Of a DNA stretch of 64,000 bases, positions 13,253 through 28,060 are shown one piece after another. Location of the stretch: assembly GCA_036630325.1 (NCBI GenBank), contig CP142733.1, positions 248,001 to 312,000 on the forward strand. Reading direction: 5' to 3'. Both the position numbers and the translations under genes were made by a program. The stretch is from Vairimorpha necatrix. Its lineage: Eukaryota. The notes under the pieces are model-generated. The model was not told where the DNA came from and did no database searches. It saw only the letters and a list, made by a program, of their open reading frames with translations. Position 1 is the first letter of the stretch, and each line of letters opens with the position of its first letter.

Positions 13253-13473
13253 AAAGACATTCAGAAATTCCTGTATAGATCATTTCTGTACTTCTATAAT
13301 AAACACTCATTAGACAAATTTTTACAGCATACAAAGGATTTTGGGAATATCCCTAATGATTTTAAACCCTAGAGAACTAAAAATGAACTGTAGATTTTAT
13401 AAGAAATGTCCCATATACAGAAAGTTAAAAATTACAATCACTTTATCCAAAGAAAATTCCGCTTAGAAAAAAC

Positions 13474-14582
13474 GGTACATGACCGTTTGGAACCCGCTTT
13501 GAAAAATTCAAGAAAAGGGAAAAATTTAAAAAATTATAGAAAAAGAGACTTGACGATTTATTTTGAATCCAGAAAGAAGTCGATTAATCCTTTGATTTTT
13601 TGGTATTTGATAAGACCATAGAAACTGTAAAAAAATACTCATAGTGCTCGTTCTGGTTTATTCCATGTATAGACAGAATATCTCCATTCGAAAGAGACCA
13701 AAATCCTTCAATTTGTTGAGTATGTGTCTCGGGATCGTTAGGATTTACGAAATTGATAGAGCGATTCACAGTCCTATGCTCCATCCCTGTGATTTGTCTA
13801 AATACAGCACCATATGCTCTCCATTGATCAGTGATCACAATAGAACCAGGCAATACATTATTTTGTATTACCTTAAGAAGAGTAGCAGTATTTCTACTAG
13901 CTACAGGGACGAGAAAGGCCTTTTTAGAACCTCTTTCAACTCCTCCTACATACCACTGACCTGTGGTATGATTACCACGATTATATTTAGCACGGAAGAA
14001 TAGACTCTCGTCGATCTCCAGTACTTTAGGGATGCCGAACTCATCACGACCTCCTAACCTCTGACTATTATTGGTCACTTCCTCGATTATGCGATCTCTG
14101 CAGAGCAAACCATATGTAATTACGGGTTTTCTGTCTAGATCGAGATCATTTGCTATATAGAGGAAGGAAACTCTTTTGATGTACTTATATATCATTCTTA
14201 TAATTTTATAAAAACTTAATTTGGTATTTTCAAAAATAGAGTCCTTTCACACAGATTTAGAAGCCGTACAAGGTTTTGTACAATTCCAAACATATTTGTC
14301 TAATAGTCTTATTCTTCTAATCAATTTCATTGGCCTTTCAGAGTTGCATACAGTACAAAAAAAGTTGTTTTTTATTAATGAACTGCGTGCCAGAAAGATA
14401 CACGCTGTATCAGCAATATAAAATTTTCAATTATTGCCATATTCAAAAACATGTCATCACAAAAGAGCTCATCTTCTTTAACAAAATTTGTTTTTGTCAA
14501 TCTTTCCATTTTTTGAAAGGGGTCCTTTAAATTTTCAAAGCGGATTCATTTTCCCAAAGCGGGTTCCAAACGGTCATGTACC
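13474..14582 (-). mobile_element. Merlin transposon with disrupted transposase
   Basis: TIR GGTACATGACCGTTTGGAACCCGCTTTG at both ends; perfect 8-bp TSD GAAAAAAC. ORF 13584-14195 has LEIDES, ITDQWRAY and HTQQIEGFW motifs. Empty site near 4211-4218. Confidence 0.95.
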
Positions 14583-15278
14583 GAAAAAACATTTTTTATT
14601 TCATAAAATTTATATATTATGGTTTATTATGAGTAAAAAAACTTTTAAAGATAAAAAATAAAAAAATATGTTTTAGAAAAATGTGATGTAAATTTATTGA
14701 GAAATCAATTCAGAATAGTTTTTTGTTGCTATCAAATAAAATTTTAATGCTAGCAAAGGAATTCGGGCATATTGAAAATCAAGTTGGTTGCAAGTTTAAA
14801 AAACAATACACACACGAACATGACATTTGTCAAACCAAAGAGACATAAACAACGAAACATAATCTATAATTATAATAAGCTGCCATATAATTTTCTTTAC
14901 TTGTAGACAAGAACTTAAGTTCAGTTTAAATGTTTTCACAAACATACATTCAGCAATAGTTCTGGCAATAGATTAAATGCAAATTGCAATGCTACTGAGA
15001 TCCCTCAAATGAATATTGAAAAGTCTCAATATTTAAGTTACGGTTTTTTTTAGAATACATTAAAAATGGATTTATTTTATATATTTTTATCGAAACAAAA
15101 AGACTTTTTCTAATATTTACATATATATCCAGATATGTAAAGAATTTTCCCCCGTCACTATCTCGTATTATGATCAAGAATTTAGACCCAAATATCTTTT
15201 GACATGATCTTTATACGGCATCTTATTGCAATAAAATATAAAATTCAATGCAAAATACTTATACTCTATAGAGATATT

Positions 15279-16355
15279 GGTGTTTCTTTTGTAACGAAAG
15301 GAATTTAAAAAAATTCCGCCCCTAAGAATAAAAAAAAATTGGATATTGAAATTTCTGATCGAATACTGAAGAAAAGCACGAAAATAAAAATCAAGCCAAT
15401 ACAGAGGCCTTTTGCAGTATTTACGATTGTTGAAACTGATTAACCGAGTACAACGTGGTGATTGAACAAAAAATTGTTCCAAATGCAGAGAAATTGCGAA
15501 ATTATTTATATATAATGAGATAGGGATTAAAAGAGTAGTATATAGGTGTACAAACTATATGTGCAGTGCAAAACTTTCAGTAAATAAAAGAAACAGCTGG
15601 CTTTGAACAACTACCGCAAATTAAAATTTCTAATTCTATGTAGAAGCAGTTATTTTACAATAGAGTCCAAATTCGAAGTTTATCATCGAAAGTTGCTAAT
15701 TCAAAAAAAAACGACTTAAAAAATAGTAAAAAATAGAATGTCTAAAAAATTAAATATTGGGGAACCACGTAAAATTGTTAAAATATGAGTCTGTTATTTA
15801 CAGAAGATGTAAAATAAGATACCCAACAAATTCCGACGATTCAATTCCTGAACGGTTTGGAAATTAGGCATAGTAGAAGTTAATACCCCATCAAGTTTTT
15901 CATTACAATAGTGGAGAATAGTGACTTTAGTGCCTAAAAGCAAATTTAAAATATAAAATAGATAAAATTTTTATCTTACATTTTGATGCTCATTCGAGTT
16001 ATCCAAGTGTGGCACTAAATCTTTATCTCGAGCATAAATTCTAAGCACTCTACTGGGTTTAAATCTTTAGATGGAACTTATATCAACAATATCGAGGACA
16101 TTTGCTTGCAGGTAAAATCTGAAATGACCAAAAACCATGGAGTTAAGCGTTAAGAAATAAATACTTGGGTTATTATATTTATGTTATGCCAAAGTTTTTG
16201 TATGGGAACCGATTTAAATGAGTTTTATGTTTGTTATCTTGATTTATTTTCTAATTTATTCAAATATATTATATTCCAAGTTTTTTTTTACATTTTTTCA
16301 ATTGTTTTCATTACAGGGGGACTCTTGGAGTCTGATTTAATACCAAAGAAGCACC
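15279..16355 (+). mobile_element. Degenerate Merlin, duplicated together with 4903-5960
   Basis: Same flanks and TSD (gagatatt/aagatatt) as the unit-1 copy, so the insertion predates the segmental duplication. Confidence 0.85.
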
Positions 16356-16774
16356 AAGATATTTGTCGTACACTTTCTTTTTTTAAGGATTAATTAATTT
16401 TCATGATTTTAAAAAAATTTAAGGCAGACTAACGAACAAAATTAGAACTAAAAAAGTCTATGTTTTTAAGTTAAAATCTCTTTGTAAGTGTGTTTTCTTA
16501 AATTTCATATCGTAAATTTAGCCTTTTAGTTGTTTCCTTGCTGATCAGACAATAATAGTTTAAAAATGACGGACACGGCCGTTGCATACAATAAAAATAA
16601 GATTAACTTTTATTCACTAAACCCTTTTCTTTCTAATAAAATTATCGCATTCTGATATATCCACGATCTTACTTCTTTTGGACGTTAAAACACAATAGCA
16701 TCACAAAAAAATTGACAATATTATATCTAACAATCATGGATTTATGAATTGAATCATCTTTTTTTTATGGTTTA

Positions 16775-17286
16775 CTAGCGTATGCGTTCCCGTTTTAAAA
16801 ACGGGATTTATGTATTTGCCTCATCCATTTTTATAAATTTAGCATTTTTGGTAGGGATATGAAAAGAAGAGATTATGAATCTTCACAACACTAAAAATTA
16901 AATTATTAGCAAAACTTAAATGCATAATTCGATATGAAAAAAATCTATAAAATTCAATGTGAAACTTTTAAATGTTTATTTAGTTCTAAATTTGAACTCA
17001 TCAATAGAAATCTGAAATGGTTAATTGTTTTTACAATTTTCGCGGAAGGGTCAAATAAATTCTAAAAAACGATTCTGACGATATTTTGGAACTGGGTTTT
17101 ACAAAAATAATAATTAAAACAAAAAAGTAATAACATTAAATGTACATACATATAATAGTCAAATTAAAGCAATAAATCTATATTTGATATTATAATAACA
17201 CAATAAGATCGAAAACGAAGTTTAGAATTTACAAAACCACAAAAAAGAGGGGTAAAAAATTAAATAAAATTCTTTTATATATATGA
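16775..17286 (-). mobile_element. Non-autonomous Helitron-like insertion (512 bp)
   Basis: Absent from the paralogous site (~6383). Minus strand starts TC and ends CTAG, lies between A and T with no TSD, and has a subterminal hairpin TCCCGTTTT/AAAACGGGA (16788-16806). Confidence 0.8.
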
Positions 17287-18709
17287 TGATGTGTTATCAA
17301 TAAAGCTATTTGTTACTTGAAGTTTTATAACCAAATAGGATTTAGTTTTTGAGATATAATAATGAAAATTATTATATCTCAAAAACGAACTCCATTCCAA
17401 TACTCTTAATTTTTTATGAATATGCTTGATACAAGATAAGGTTTCATTGGGATGTAATTCAAGTATTTATCTTGTATTTCTCTTTATATAAAATTAATAC
17501 TTTTTCTTTCAAGGCCGAAAAAATATCCATGATACACAATAAACCAAAATTTTCGTATATGTATTTAGTACAAAAATAAAAGTTTTATAATAAATCCAAA
17601 TTTTTTTACCTACTAATTTTTCTCTACTTTATGTTCATACCATATAGACATAATTGTATTACGTAAATTATTTCACGTCATAAATTTTTTTGTATTACGT
17701 TTTTTTTAGCATTTCCGTCTTTTTATACAAAAATTATCTCGTGCTTTCTCTTTTTTGTTTCTTATTGTATACACAAAACAAAATTTTACAGCTAGAACTA
17801 AATATAAACCTATTAAATTGGAACATAATATGCTTAATATTATATCTTTTATGTTAAAAATTTCAGAATATGTTTTTTGCCAAAAAAAATTTATAATTTA
17901 CAGTTTATTTCTCTCATAACCCCGTAGAATATTTGATTGATTCATAAAATCGGTGTTGTGCTTAAAACACATTTTTTCTATAAAAAGTGAGATTTGAATA
18001 TAATTATTTCTTTTATAACTGGAAGCACAAAAGCTATGCATATAATTTAACTAATTCTGTCAAATATTACAAGTAAAAAAATTATTAATACACTTCAAAC
18101 ATTTGCATGTGAAATGAAATAAAAGACATTGTTTTTGGTATTTAAAATAATAATTCATTAATTGGTTTTTAATGAAATTTTTCTAATATGACATCCTTTA
18201 TAAATAAAAAAATTTCAATATAAAATTATTTTTATCTGTGTTTGTCAATTTAAAGATAAAAAGTATTCATTATGGTATAAAAGAGTTTTTTAAATATTTA
18301 GAATCAAATATAACTATATTTTTAATTTAGATACTAGAGTGTAAGAAAACTTTTATACAAGTACTTTTATTTATATGTGTATTCTTTATTTTTTGTTTTC
18401 GTCAATAAATAACAGTGTATTTCGAGCTTTCATAATATTCTTTTATAAACCCTTCTATTAACTTGTTTGTTTAATTTATAGTCCAATTCAATATGGAGAA
18501 AAAGATAGGCGGATTTGACATCGAAAAAATCAATTCAATTTGCATTAATTACGTAGAGAAATAAAAATTGAATAATAATCTATAACGCGGCATAATAATA
18601 AGGTCTTATTTTATTTAAGTTCGATTGAGGGAAACGAAATTCGGGTTTTTTTACTTTTTGTGAAGAGCAGCTTATAAAACAACAGAGAATGATTTACATG
18701 ATGCAAGAG

Positions 18710-19685
18710 AAGATATTGAGAAGGAGAAGACGTAAATCAACGATAAGGTTTGAGGGGAACCAGATCGAAGAATTATAGAGTTTGTAGTGGCGAATATAAT
18801 GGGATTAAGGCAAGAAAAGGTATTGAGAATGAGAAGACTTAATTCGCGATAAGGTTTGAGGGGGACCAGATCGAAGAAATTAAGACTTGTTAGTAGCAAG
18901 CTTATTAGAGACGACGAGAAAGAGAAGGTACTTATAAGGAGAAGACATAAATCGACGATAGGGTTTGAGGGGAACCAAATCGAAGAAATATGACTTGTTA
19001 GTGGCGAGTTATATGAACATTAAGAGAAAGAGAAGGTATTGAGAAGGAGAAGACTTAAATCGATAATAACGTTTGATGGGGAACCAAATCGAAGAAATAT
19101 GACTTGTTAGTGGCGAGTTATATGAACATTAAGAGAAAGAGAAGGTATTGAGAAGGAGAAGACTTAAATCGATAATAACGTTTGATGGGGAGCCATGTCG
19201 AAGAATTATAAACTTGTTAGTAGCGAGTATAGTGGACTTAAGGTAAGAGAAGATATTTGAATGAGAAGACTTAAATCGACGATAAGGTTTGAGGGGGACC
19301 AGATCGAAGAAATTAAGACTTGTTAGTAGCAAGCTTATTAGAGACGACGAGAAAGAGAAGGTACTGAGAAAGAGAAGACATAAATCGACGATAGGGTTTG
19401 AGGGGAACCAAATCGAAGAAATATGACATGTTAGTGGCGAGTTATATGAACATTAAGAGAAAGAGAAGGTATTGAGAAGGAGAAGACTTAAATCGATAAT
19501 AACGTTTGAGGGGGAGCCATGTCGAAGAATTATAAACTTGTTAGTAGCGAGTATAGTGGACTTAAGGTAAGAGAAGATATTTGAATGAGAAGACTTAAAT
19601 CGACGATAAGGTTTGAGGGGAACCAGATCGAAGAAATATGACTTGTTAGTAGCGAGCTTATTAGAGACGACGAGAAAGAGAAATT
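18710..19685 (+). repeat. 107-109 bp tandem repeat, 9 units with 3-unit higher-order structure
   Basis: gaagac anchor at 18941, 19049, 19158, 19265, 19374, 19482 and 19589. Unit variants recur in the order A-B-B-C-A-B-C-A. Confidence 0.95.
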
Positions 19686-22600
19686 GTTCTTGCTTAAGAT
19701 CGAAGTTTCTACTCAAGAGAAGAATGCTGTTTAGTCTAAGAATGAAAACTCATTTATAGTATCCTTATCGAAACCAAAACAAGAGAAATTTTTTGCATAC
19801 AGAAAAGAAAGAATGAGGTTATTTGTTCGAACTTCAAGAAAAAAATTAAAGACATGGCAGCTTCTTAAATAAATGCCTATCTGCGATGTAGTGATTTGAT
19901 CTGAAGAGAGAATGCATATAATGTGCAGAGAAGGCCTTGTAAGAAGTAAGTTCGAGTGCAGTTAACTTTCAAGCTGACGATGCTTAGAAGAAAATCCTGT
20001 GTGACTTGGCGCGATACGACTTAAATTTTTGAATTCACTATAAAGTAAAAATTTCTGAAAAGTTAACGATCTATATAATTGTTTTGACACTCTAAATGAG
20101 CTTTGATATCTAAAAATATAAATTGACTAGAAACTTAAAGAAAAATACCAAGTATACCTAAAAAAATGTCTTTTTAACTTGTAGGTTATTGGACGAAACA
20201 ATGCTTTCATTTGTTCGGAGGATCGTGTAAACATGAAATACGTTTTTTTCATCTTGCTTTGTATTGAAAATCTTTCATCTGAGAAGGTAAACATAAGTGA
20301 TAAAGTTCTTGTACAATAAATCCGACAATCACAAACTTCACTTTTAATTGAATAGTAGTACGAAAGGAACATCATATTGTTGATTTGTATAATTTTTATT
20401 GTGTGTTTTAAAATAAATTTTTTTATATCTAACCATATTAAAATAATAACCCAGACCCAACCCATATTTATGCATTATTTTTTTTCTATTTATAGTTTTA
20501 AAATTCATGGAACGTTCTAAAACCAACAAAATTCTTTTTGACGTAAAAATAAACATAAACAATTCTTGCTAATATATGTTAATGCATATTTTTAATATAT
20601 ATATAAAGTAAAATGTCTGTACACATTTTACAAGACAACAACACAAATAAACAATGCATTGTTTACAGAAAGAAATTATATAAACAAAAAAATTTATTGC
20701 TCAGTAATAAACAATTTAAGTTATTAATATAATTTAATTACATTTAGTATTTTGTAGTTTTTATTTTCAAAATAAAATATCTGTATCATCCTAATACCAA
20801 TTTTAATATCTAAAATGTATTTTAAGTAAAAATCATAAATAAAACAAAATTTATCTTTATTTAGAACATTTAAAAAAAAATTGATTTTATTAATAAAGTT
20901 TAATTGTTTTTATACTAAATAGAAATAGATAATGTTAATAATGTGTTCTTATTTTTTAAATTGGAAGGGCTTTATTTTTAATCATAAAATGTCTGTAAAA
21001 TACTATACATTAATTCCATATCTTTATAAAGAAATGTCTAGACTGAAACATTACAATAAAATTTATAGGTTTTTCTCATACATGCCGAAAAAAGAGAATT
21101 TGATCTAGTAAAAAAAACCATTCTTTAAGGGTTAACTATGCAAAATCGCCGGAAGTTGGACACAAAGTAGATGATAAACAAGTATTTTAATTTTTATAAA
21201 ATTACCAGAGAGCAATGTTGGCCAATTCTATATTTACTTATGAATATACTAAGTCAAAATACGCCATATGCAAATTAAACCTATTGTTTTAGTTTCAATA
21301 TTATATAGAGCATTTTTTAAATTTAAAAGTTAAATTCTCTTTTCAAAAAAAAGAACAATAAAATATTAGCTTGCCACGAGAGGTACAAAAAAAAATAATT
21401 TAATAAGTTTTCTCAATTAAATTAATCAACACATCTTAAGACATGTCTAATAATATCGTATTTTGGTGTTACTTGGGACTAGTAATTAGTTAATAAATAG
21501 AAAAATGTTATCTAGTTTAATATGCTGAGGTATAATAGTTCTTATATAAAAGACATCATATTAGAGACGCAACAACACAGGATTCCTATTAATAGTCTAA
21601 AAATCTTTCTGTTTTTCAAGAAAATAGCTTATAAGTATAGGTCTAATAAGTTTAAAAATTCTCTAAAGAAGAACATTTTCAATAATATAATATCTGAAAT
21701 CAAATTAAAAACTGATTGCTAACATTTACTTATCGACATTTTTTATATTTTGACATTAGACGTAAAATTAAAGTTTCTTAATCAATATTGAATAAACTTA
21801 TTTAGTCAAATACAAAAGCAAACATTGACCAAAAACAATTAAATCGATAAATATCATCTACAAGAACTATTTATGACTAGATTAAGACAACAAAGTCATT
21901 ATCAGAATTGAACTCAAGCAAAAGTCATATATGAATTCATAATCTTTATAATCATATGTAATATATGAAGAAAACAAAGTATCCATAAAATACGTTATTA
22001 AAATGATATTTGGCATTGTCTGTTAATTACTTAACATATACTCGAAGATTGGGTACTATTTTTTTGTAAGCTTTTTTTTAATTCAAAGTAAATCATTTAA
22101 AAAAAAATTCCTAATTTGCGTATGTATATGAATATACATTAATGAGGTGGTTTTCTCCATGTTTATGCCACACTTTTTTTTTAATATTAATATAAATTTA
22201 GTTGTTTTTATAAATTCTCATAAAAATAATTAATATTAAGGTAACTGACATATTGTATTAACAGAATGAATCGTCGTTATTTATCTTAAATCTCGACTAT
22301 TCTTTTGAATGTATTGTATATCTCTTTCCTTCAAAAAAAATCTCATTCACAGCTTTAATATTCGAACATTGTAAACCAACACAAACTGTCTGGTTATTAA
22401 TAATTTTTTCAAATTGGATCCGATCGATTAATTATTTACAGATCTATAACTGGTGTTATTCTATTTGATCAATTATACTGAAGTTGTGTTTCAGTGAAAT
22501 GCCCACATCGAAATTTGAAAATATGTAAAATGTTAGATTGTGGTAAAGAAGCTACATCTCATAGCTAGGTCTGTAGAAGTGATTTCTTGCTATAAGTTTC

Positions 22601-24561
22601 AAACGTTATATATTGATAATGTCAATTTATATTGGATTGTCGTAATGACCACAATTGTCATGCTCTTAGCAAATCGATGGTAATTACAGTACGATTGTGT
22701 CGTGTACACTTGCAATTGAAACATTCGTTATAGAGGTTTAATTGAGAGATGTGTAAATTATAATAGGTTTTTTGTAAAAAGAACTGTATTGATAACGATA
22801 ACTTGTGCATTATGCAAAATTTCTTTCCTTTGTTCTACTAGTATCCTAAAAATTAATTAGACAGATGTTGAGATTATTTAATTAACTAAAAGAAGTTATA
22901 AAAGTAGATTTTAGTTAAAAGGGGTTTTATGTCGTATTAAAATATAAACTAAGCAAAAAGGGAGGTTGTTCGAGATATTACAAAAAATTTTTGTTAAACT
23001 ATTTGACCAAAAAACACAGATTATAATTGCACTATACTTTAATTATCTTTTTTGTATTTTTTTAGAACAATATGATCAAATTTAATATTTCTCTAGGGTG
23101 GGCATTTATATTATTACTGCCTACCCTTAAAATATGATTATTTGTTGTTAAATAAAAATAAGTGTTGAATGTTATTTATAATACATATAACTTAAAAAGT
23201 AAACAAATCACAAAAATTGGATAAAAAAATAGATAGGATAATTTTCGTACGCGTAATGAAATCCAAAATGTAATATAACTGACATTTTTTTGTTTACTGT
23301 ACACGAGAATCAAAAGGTATATTGATATCTGCTTATATTAAACGTATATCGAACAAATAGTCTCGAAGAAAATATCCGAGAAGATTTCTTAAGAATACCG
23401 GAACTTTTAAGAGTATGAGAAATAGAACCAAAGAAAAGATATAAGGTATAGTAAAAGAGTTTTAAGATCTGCTATTAAAACTTAACAGTATCATAACACA
23501 TTAATAGCCTACACAAAATAAATCTTGTTAGTAAGATTATATTATTTAGTTAAAAGATTTTTACTGATCGAATTTAAAAATAAAATTTTCTGTTTTTAAA
23601 AAACAAACAAAGAAAACCTATTGTAAGTACAAAAAAATATATTGTAAAAAGTTTCAAGCACTAATAAAAAATCCAAAAAAACTAAAAGCATAATTGTAAT
23701 GTTGGGAATACATATTTTCATGTTTCGTCCGGTGATATAACGCCAAGAAAAAACTAGATAGAATATAAAAATTTCCCCATTTTACATCTAAAATATAATA
23801 TGCAAGAAATTTATAGCTATTAAGATCTAATATAACTATTTTAATTTGCAATATGCCCATGAGAAAGCAACACAATATTTTTGTATTGAATTTTAGGTCT
23901 CAACATGCTGTAGGTAAATAAATTAACAAATTCCATTAATTTCTTCACATAAACTCAGACAGAAATTTTTAACTCTAGACATTTGAAAAGTCACTATATT
24001 ACACTCAAATATTATTTTTTAGTTTTTTGATTGATCATTAATGTCAATGTTCTTATCAAATATTTATAAGAGGGATTGTCATTAAAAAACGATAACTAAT
24101 ATGCAATTATCATTCATAGAATTATATTTGCATAAAAAATAATATAAATGTCCCTATGACTTTAGAAGTTAAAGTTTTAATAAACTTTACACAGTTTAAA
24201 AAATTATCGAAACACATGAATTAAAAAGTGACCTGTTAGATAAAATGATTATATTTCATAAGTTTACAACAGAAATTCGCAAAAAAAAATAAATCCAATA
24301 AATAAGAAAAAAATAACTACATCATTTATTGTACTCTAGACAAACGTGGGGAGATTCGATATTTTTATTCATAAAGCTAAAACAACATGAAAACAAGACA
24401 GAAGCACAATGCTGAGCATAAGCATTTCCAAAAAGAAAAAAGAATGTTGATAAAAATACATGTATTTTTAAATATGTACATAATTAAATAAGGCTACAAC
24501 ATGAAAAATTTGTAGACAAAAAAATATATTTTAAAATGTTTTTATTGTAAATAATCATTAA

Positions 24562-24880
24562 TGACGACACCCATAGGAGCTACCTCTGAGCAAATACAAT
24601 TCTATGATATTAATATTTTTATTATTGTCATGGCTTGTTGGGCCATGAGTACGGGGCATTAAGTCTTCCCTAGCTTGATTGCTCTTCCTTGCCATTGGGT
24701 TACAAGGGTAATTGCAATTAGGACTGTTGTTGTTAATGTGTGTCATCCTTCAAATTGTGGGGGTGAGAAATAAAATTAAATAAATATTTTATTGTTGGAA
24801 TGGGCCGGTCGAATGGTCTATTTCCAAAAATTAAAATTGAGAAGAAAAAAAAATAACTTCTTGTGGTAGTTATATACATA
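24562..24880 (-). mobile_element. Probable solo LTR (319 bp) in the promoter of family copy 3
   Basis: Flanked by ATTAA/ATTAA; starts TG and ends TA. Removing it restores the conserved upstream region. Shares a GGAATAGACC-type hairpin and a CCCC..ATG layout with 58981-60618. Confidence 0.65.
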
Positions 24881-24943
24881 ATTAATTTAAAGCTTTCTTA
24901 TCATTTATTTTTCATCTCCCAAAACACGCTTTTAGAGATTAAA

Positions 24944-24992
24944 TGTATTCATTTATCATAATGATGGGTAAAAATTACTAAAATATATAACA
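24944..24992 (-). repeat. 3' LTR, 49 bp
   Basis: tgtattcatttatcataatgatgggtaaaaattactaaaatatataaca, bounded by the TSD and the PPT. Confidence 0.9.
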
Positions 24993-27900
24993 TCCCCCTC
25001 CAAGACGGTTAATCTCACTTATCCTTAACCCAAGCAGACTTTTTAGATCATAGTGCCTTTTCTTTACATATCTTCCATTTACTAACTTAACTATATAAGA
25101 ATCATTGCCACATCTCTCTATAACTTTCCCACTCTCTAAAAACCTACCTTTCGAATATTTATCCGCACCTTTCAAGTTTTCCTTCAAAGCTACTCTCACG
25201 TACTCACCTACTTTAAATTTTTTTCGTTTCCCCCTGTTAAACAGTTTTCCATATTTCCCTTGTGAGCTATCTTCAATCATTACATAACCAGTTTTATCCT
25301 TTTCCGCTCTATTGGTGTAATTTTAATTCCGCGTGGTAACTCATATTATATTTTTCAATGCTCCCATGATCTTCTCTGCAAATGTACCTTCTTTAGTCTT
25401 CAGAATGCTCTCTCGCAGCGTACCTATAGCCCTCTCAACTCTGCCATTACTCCCGTGCGATTCGACACTTACTTTCCTATGTTTAATTTCTAGTCCGTTG
25501 CATAACTCTCTAAACCCTTCATTGATAAATTCTCGCCCATTATCCGTTATAATCTCTTCGGGCTTTTTTCCTTGTCCACACAACTTACTTAAAAATTCTG
25601 TCACATTCTTTCCAGTCTTGTTCTCCATTACAGTCCCCCATACTCTTCGAGTGAAATAATCTATCGCAACCAATACATATTTACCTGCGTCTCTAAAATC
25701 AATGAGATCCAAACAACCTTTTCTAAATAACGTGTAGTATCTACAAACTCACATCCATCGAGTCTTTTTCTATTATGTATTTGACATTGTACACACTTTC
25801 GAATTGTCTAATTTATGTCTTTCATTATTCCGGGCCAATAAAATCTTTCCCGCATCGCGTAATATACACTTGTCATACATCTATGTCCAACTTTTTCGTG
25901 GTATTCCTGCATCAAACTTTCCCTTAACTCTTCTGGTGGTATCTCGACTTTCCGTCCCAAATCAAATCTCCAATATTTTTTTTCTTCTGCGTCATCGAGT
26001 GAGCTTTCCATTTGCCCTCCATCTGCTTGGCGGTCCTTTCTCTGATTTTCTTTTTCTTTTCATCGTCTTCCATATGTATCCTGCTTAACGCGTCAGCCAC
26101 CACCATTTCTTCTAGTTTCTTATATTCTATGGAGAAGTCAAATCCCCGGATCTTTTCAATCCATCTATTTATTTTATTGTTATTAAAACACGGTTTATTT
26201 CTAATCTCAACCAAGGCTTAATGGCCCGTCTCGATTTTAAACTTCCTACCGCGCAACTCGTATTCAAATCTTTTTATCCCCCAAAATACCGCGTACATTT
26301 CTTTCTCCGATATAGTATATCTGGTCTCTGTAGGTGTTAACTTTTTTGAACTCCATTGGATTGCTACCCATTCATCTTTATCGTTCTTCTGAAGTAATAC
26401 GGCTCCTATCCCCACATTACTCGCGTCCGTTCTCAATATAAATTCCTTTCTATTATCAGGCAATCCAAGTTTCCTAATCGCTCTCAAAACTTCTTTCAGC
26501 TCTAAAAACTCTCTATTCTATTCAACCGTCCATTCCCACTTCTTATCTTTACCTCTCAAGCTATCTGTCAGATGAATAGTTATCCCGCGTAATTCTTTAT
26601 AAAGTTCCTAAACCATCCTGTCATTCCTAGGAATCTTCGTGTTTCACATACACTTGTCGGCCGCGGGAATTCCAACGCCTCGTTCAACTTTATTTCATTT
26701 GCTTCAATATCTGTACCATTCAACGTGACTCCTAAGAGCTTAACTAACTATTGGCTAAACTGTATCTTCTCAATATTCAATCTCATTTTATGTCTTTTTA
26801 ATCTTTCCAATGCTTCTATCACTAGCTTGTCATGCCTTCTTTTAGTTCTAGCGTATATAACGATGTCTTCCATATATACCTCCACTCTTTCTCCTTGTAA
26901 ATCTTCAAATATTTGGTTCATTATTCGTTATAATATCTGCGGGAAATTTTTATATCCCATTACCATACTATTACATTCATATACCTTTCTGTTAAATTCA
27001 AAGGCCGTTTTGTGCTCATCCTCTTCTTCAATCTCTACGTGGTAAAATCATTCCTTCAAATCTATAACGGTAAACCATTTAGACCCCTGTGCGGCTCTAA
27101 CGATGTCCCTAATATTTGACAACTCATACGGATCTTTCTCAATCAAGTCATCTAAACTCATTAGATTACTTACAAGCCTTACTCCTCCGTTAGGTTTTAC
27201 TGTAGTTCTAATTAGGTTCCTCCACTCGGATGTCGATCTTTTTATAATCTTTCTTTATTCCAAACTTTTTATATATTTTTCAGTATTTTCAATCAACGCC
27301 TGTGGGATAGTTTGTCCTCTTTTAACTGCTTTTTTTTCCTGGTGGCGTCTCAATTTTACATTTCTCTATCTTACAGTGTACGATCTCTTCCTGCTGTGGG
27401 TCAAAAACTTCTCTATACTTCGCTTTGATATCTTCAATGACAAGACCCCCTTCTATTCTATCCTCTCTCATTCCTCTCCTTTTTAATTTTTGTTTACGTT
27501 TTGCTTCTCCGCATTTCCTATATTCTTGTGCGCTAAGTTCTGTGCTTGTAGATCACTCTCTTCATGAACCCTTAAATACTTGTTTAAATGTTTATTTTTA
27601 TTATCTTGCCTTTCCTCTTCCTTACTAAGCAATCTCTTACCATGTGCCCGAATCTACCACAGTTAAAACAATCTCTACTTCTTACTCTCGTAGTTTCTTC
27701 CCTTATTTTTCCTAATGCTCCTAGATTTGCCAGCTCCTCTCGAACTGTTCCTCTAACCGACTCTTCAATTATTTCCATCATCTTACTTTTGTCTTCTTCT
27801 TCCTTCTTTTTTAATTCGTCCTTTCTAACCTCCTTTTCCATTTCTTCAATAATTATGGACCAACTATCTTCTTTTTTAATTCTTTCTGCCATAAAGTTCT

Positions 27901-28060
27901 TTACTTCTTCAAACCCATTTCATAAATTCTTGCCTTCCATATAGACTCATCTACTCCATCCAACTCTAGCTTATAAACTATTCTCTTGATTTCTTGTAAC
28001 ATTATTCTAGCCTCTTGACCACAGCCATCACTTGTTGACTCTCGATTTGGTATCGCCCCA

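Larger units (their letters stand above)
10788..20672 (+). repeat. Segmental duplication unit 2, carrying three insertions absent from unit 1
   Basis: Colinear with 1770-9545. Extra inserts at 13031-13252, 13474-14582 and 16775-17286 have empty sites at about 4015, 4215 and 6383. Confidence 0.9.

Noticed and set aside
18710-19685. CRISPR-like array (conserved ~48-bp core alternating with variable segments; also 7815-8560)
   Set aside because: The variable segments are homologous to each other and recur, there are no cas genes, and the context is eukaryotic. It is a tandem repeat.
20700-24500. Possible decayed gene on the minus strand after a CCCC motif near 22921
   Set aside because: No sustained frame or recognisable motif; left unannotated.
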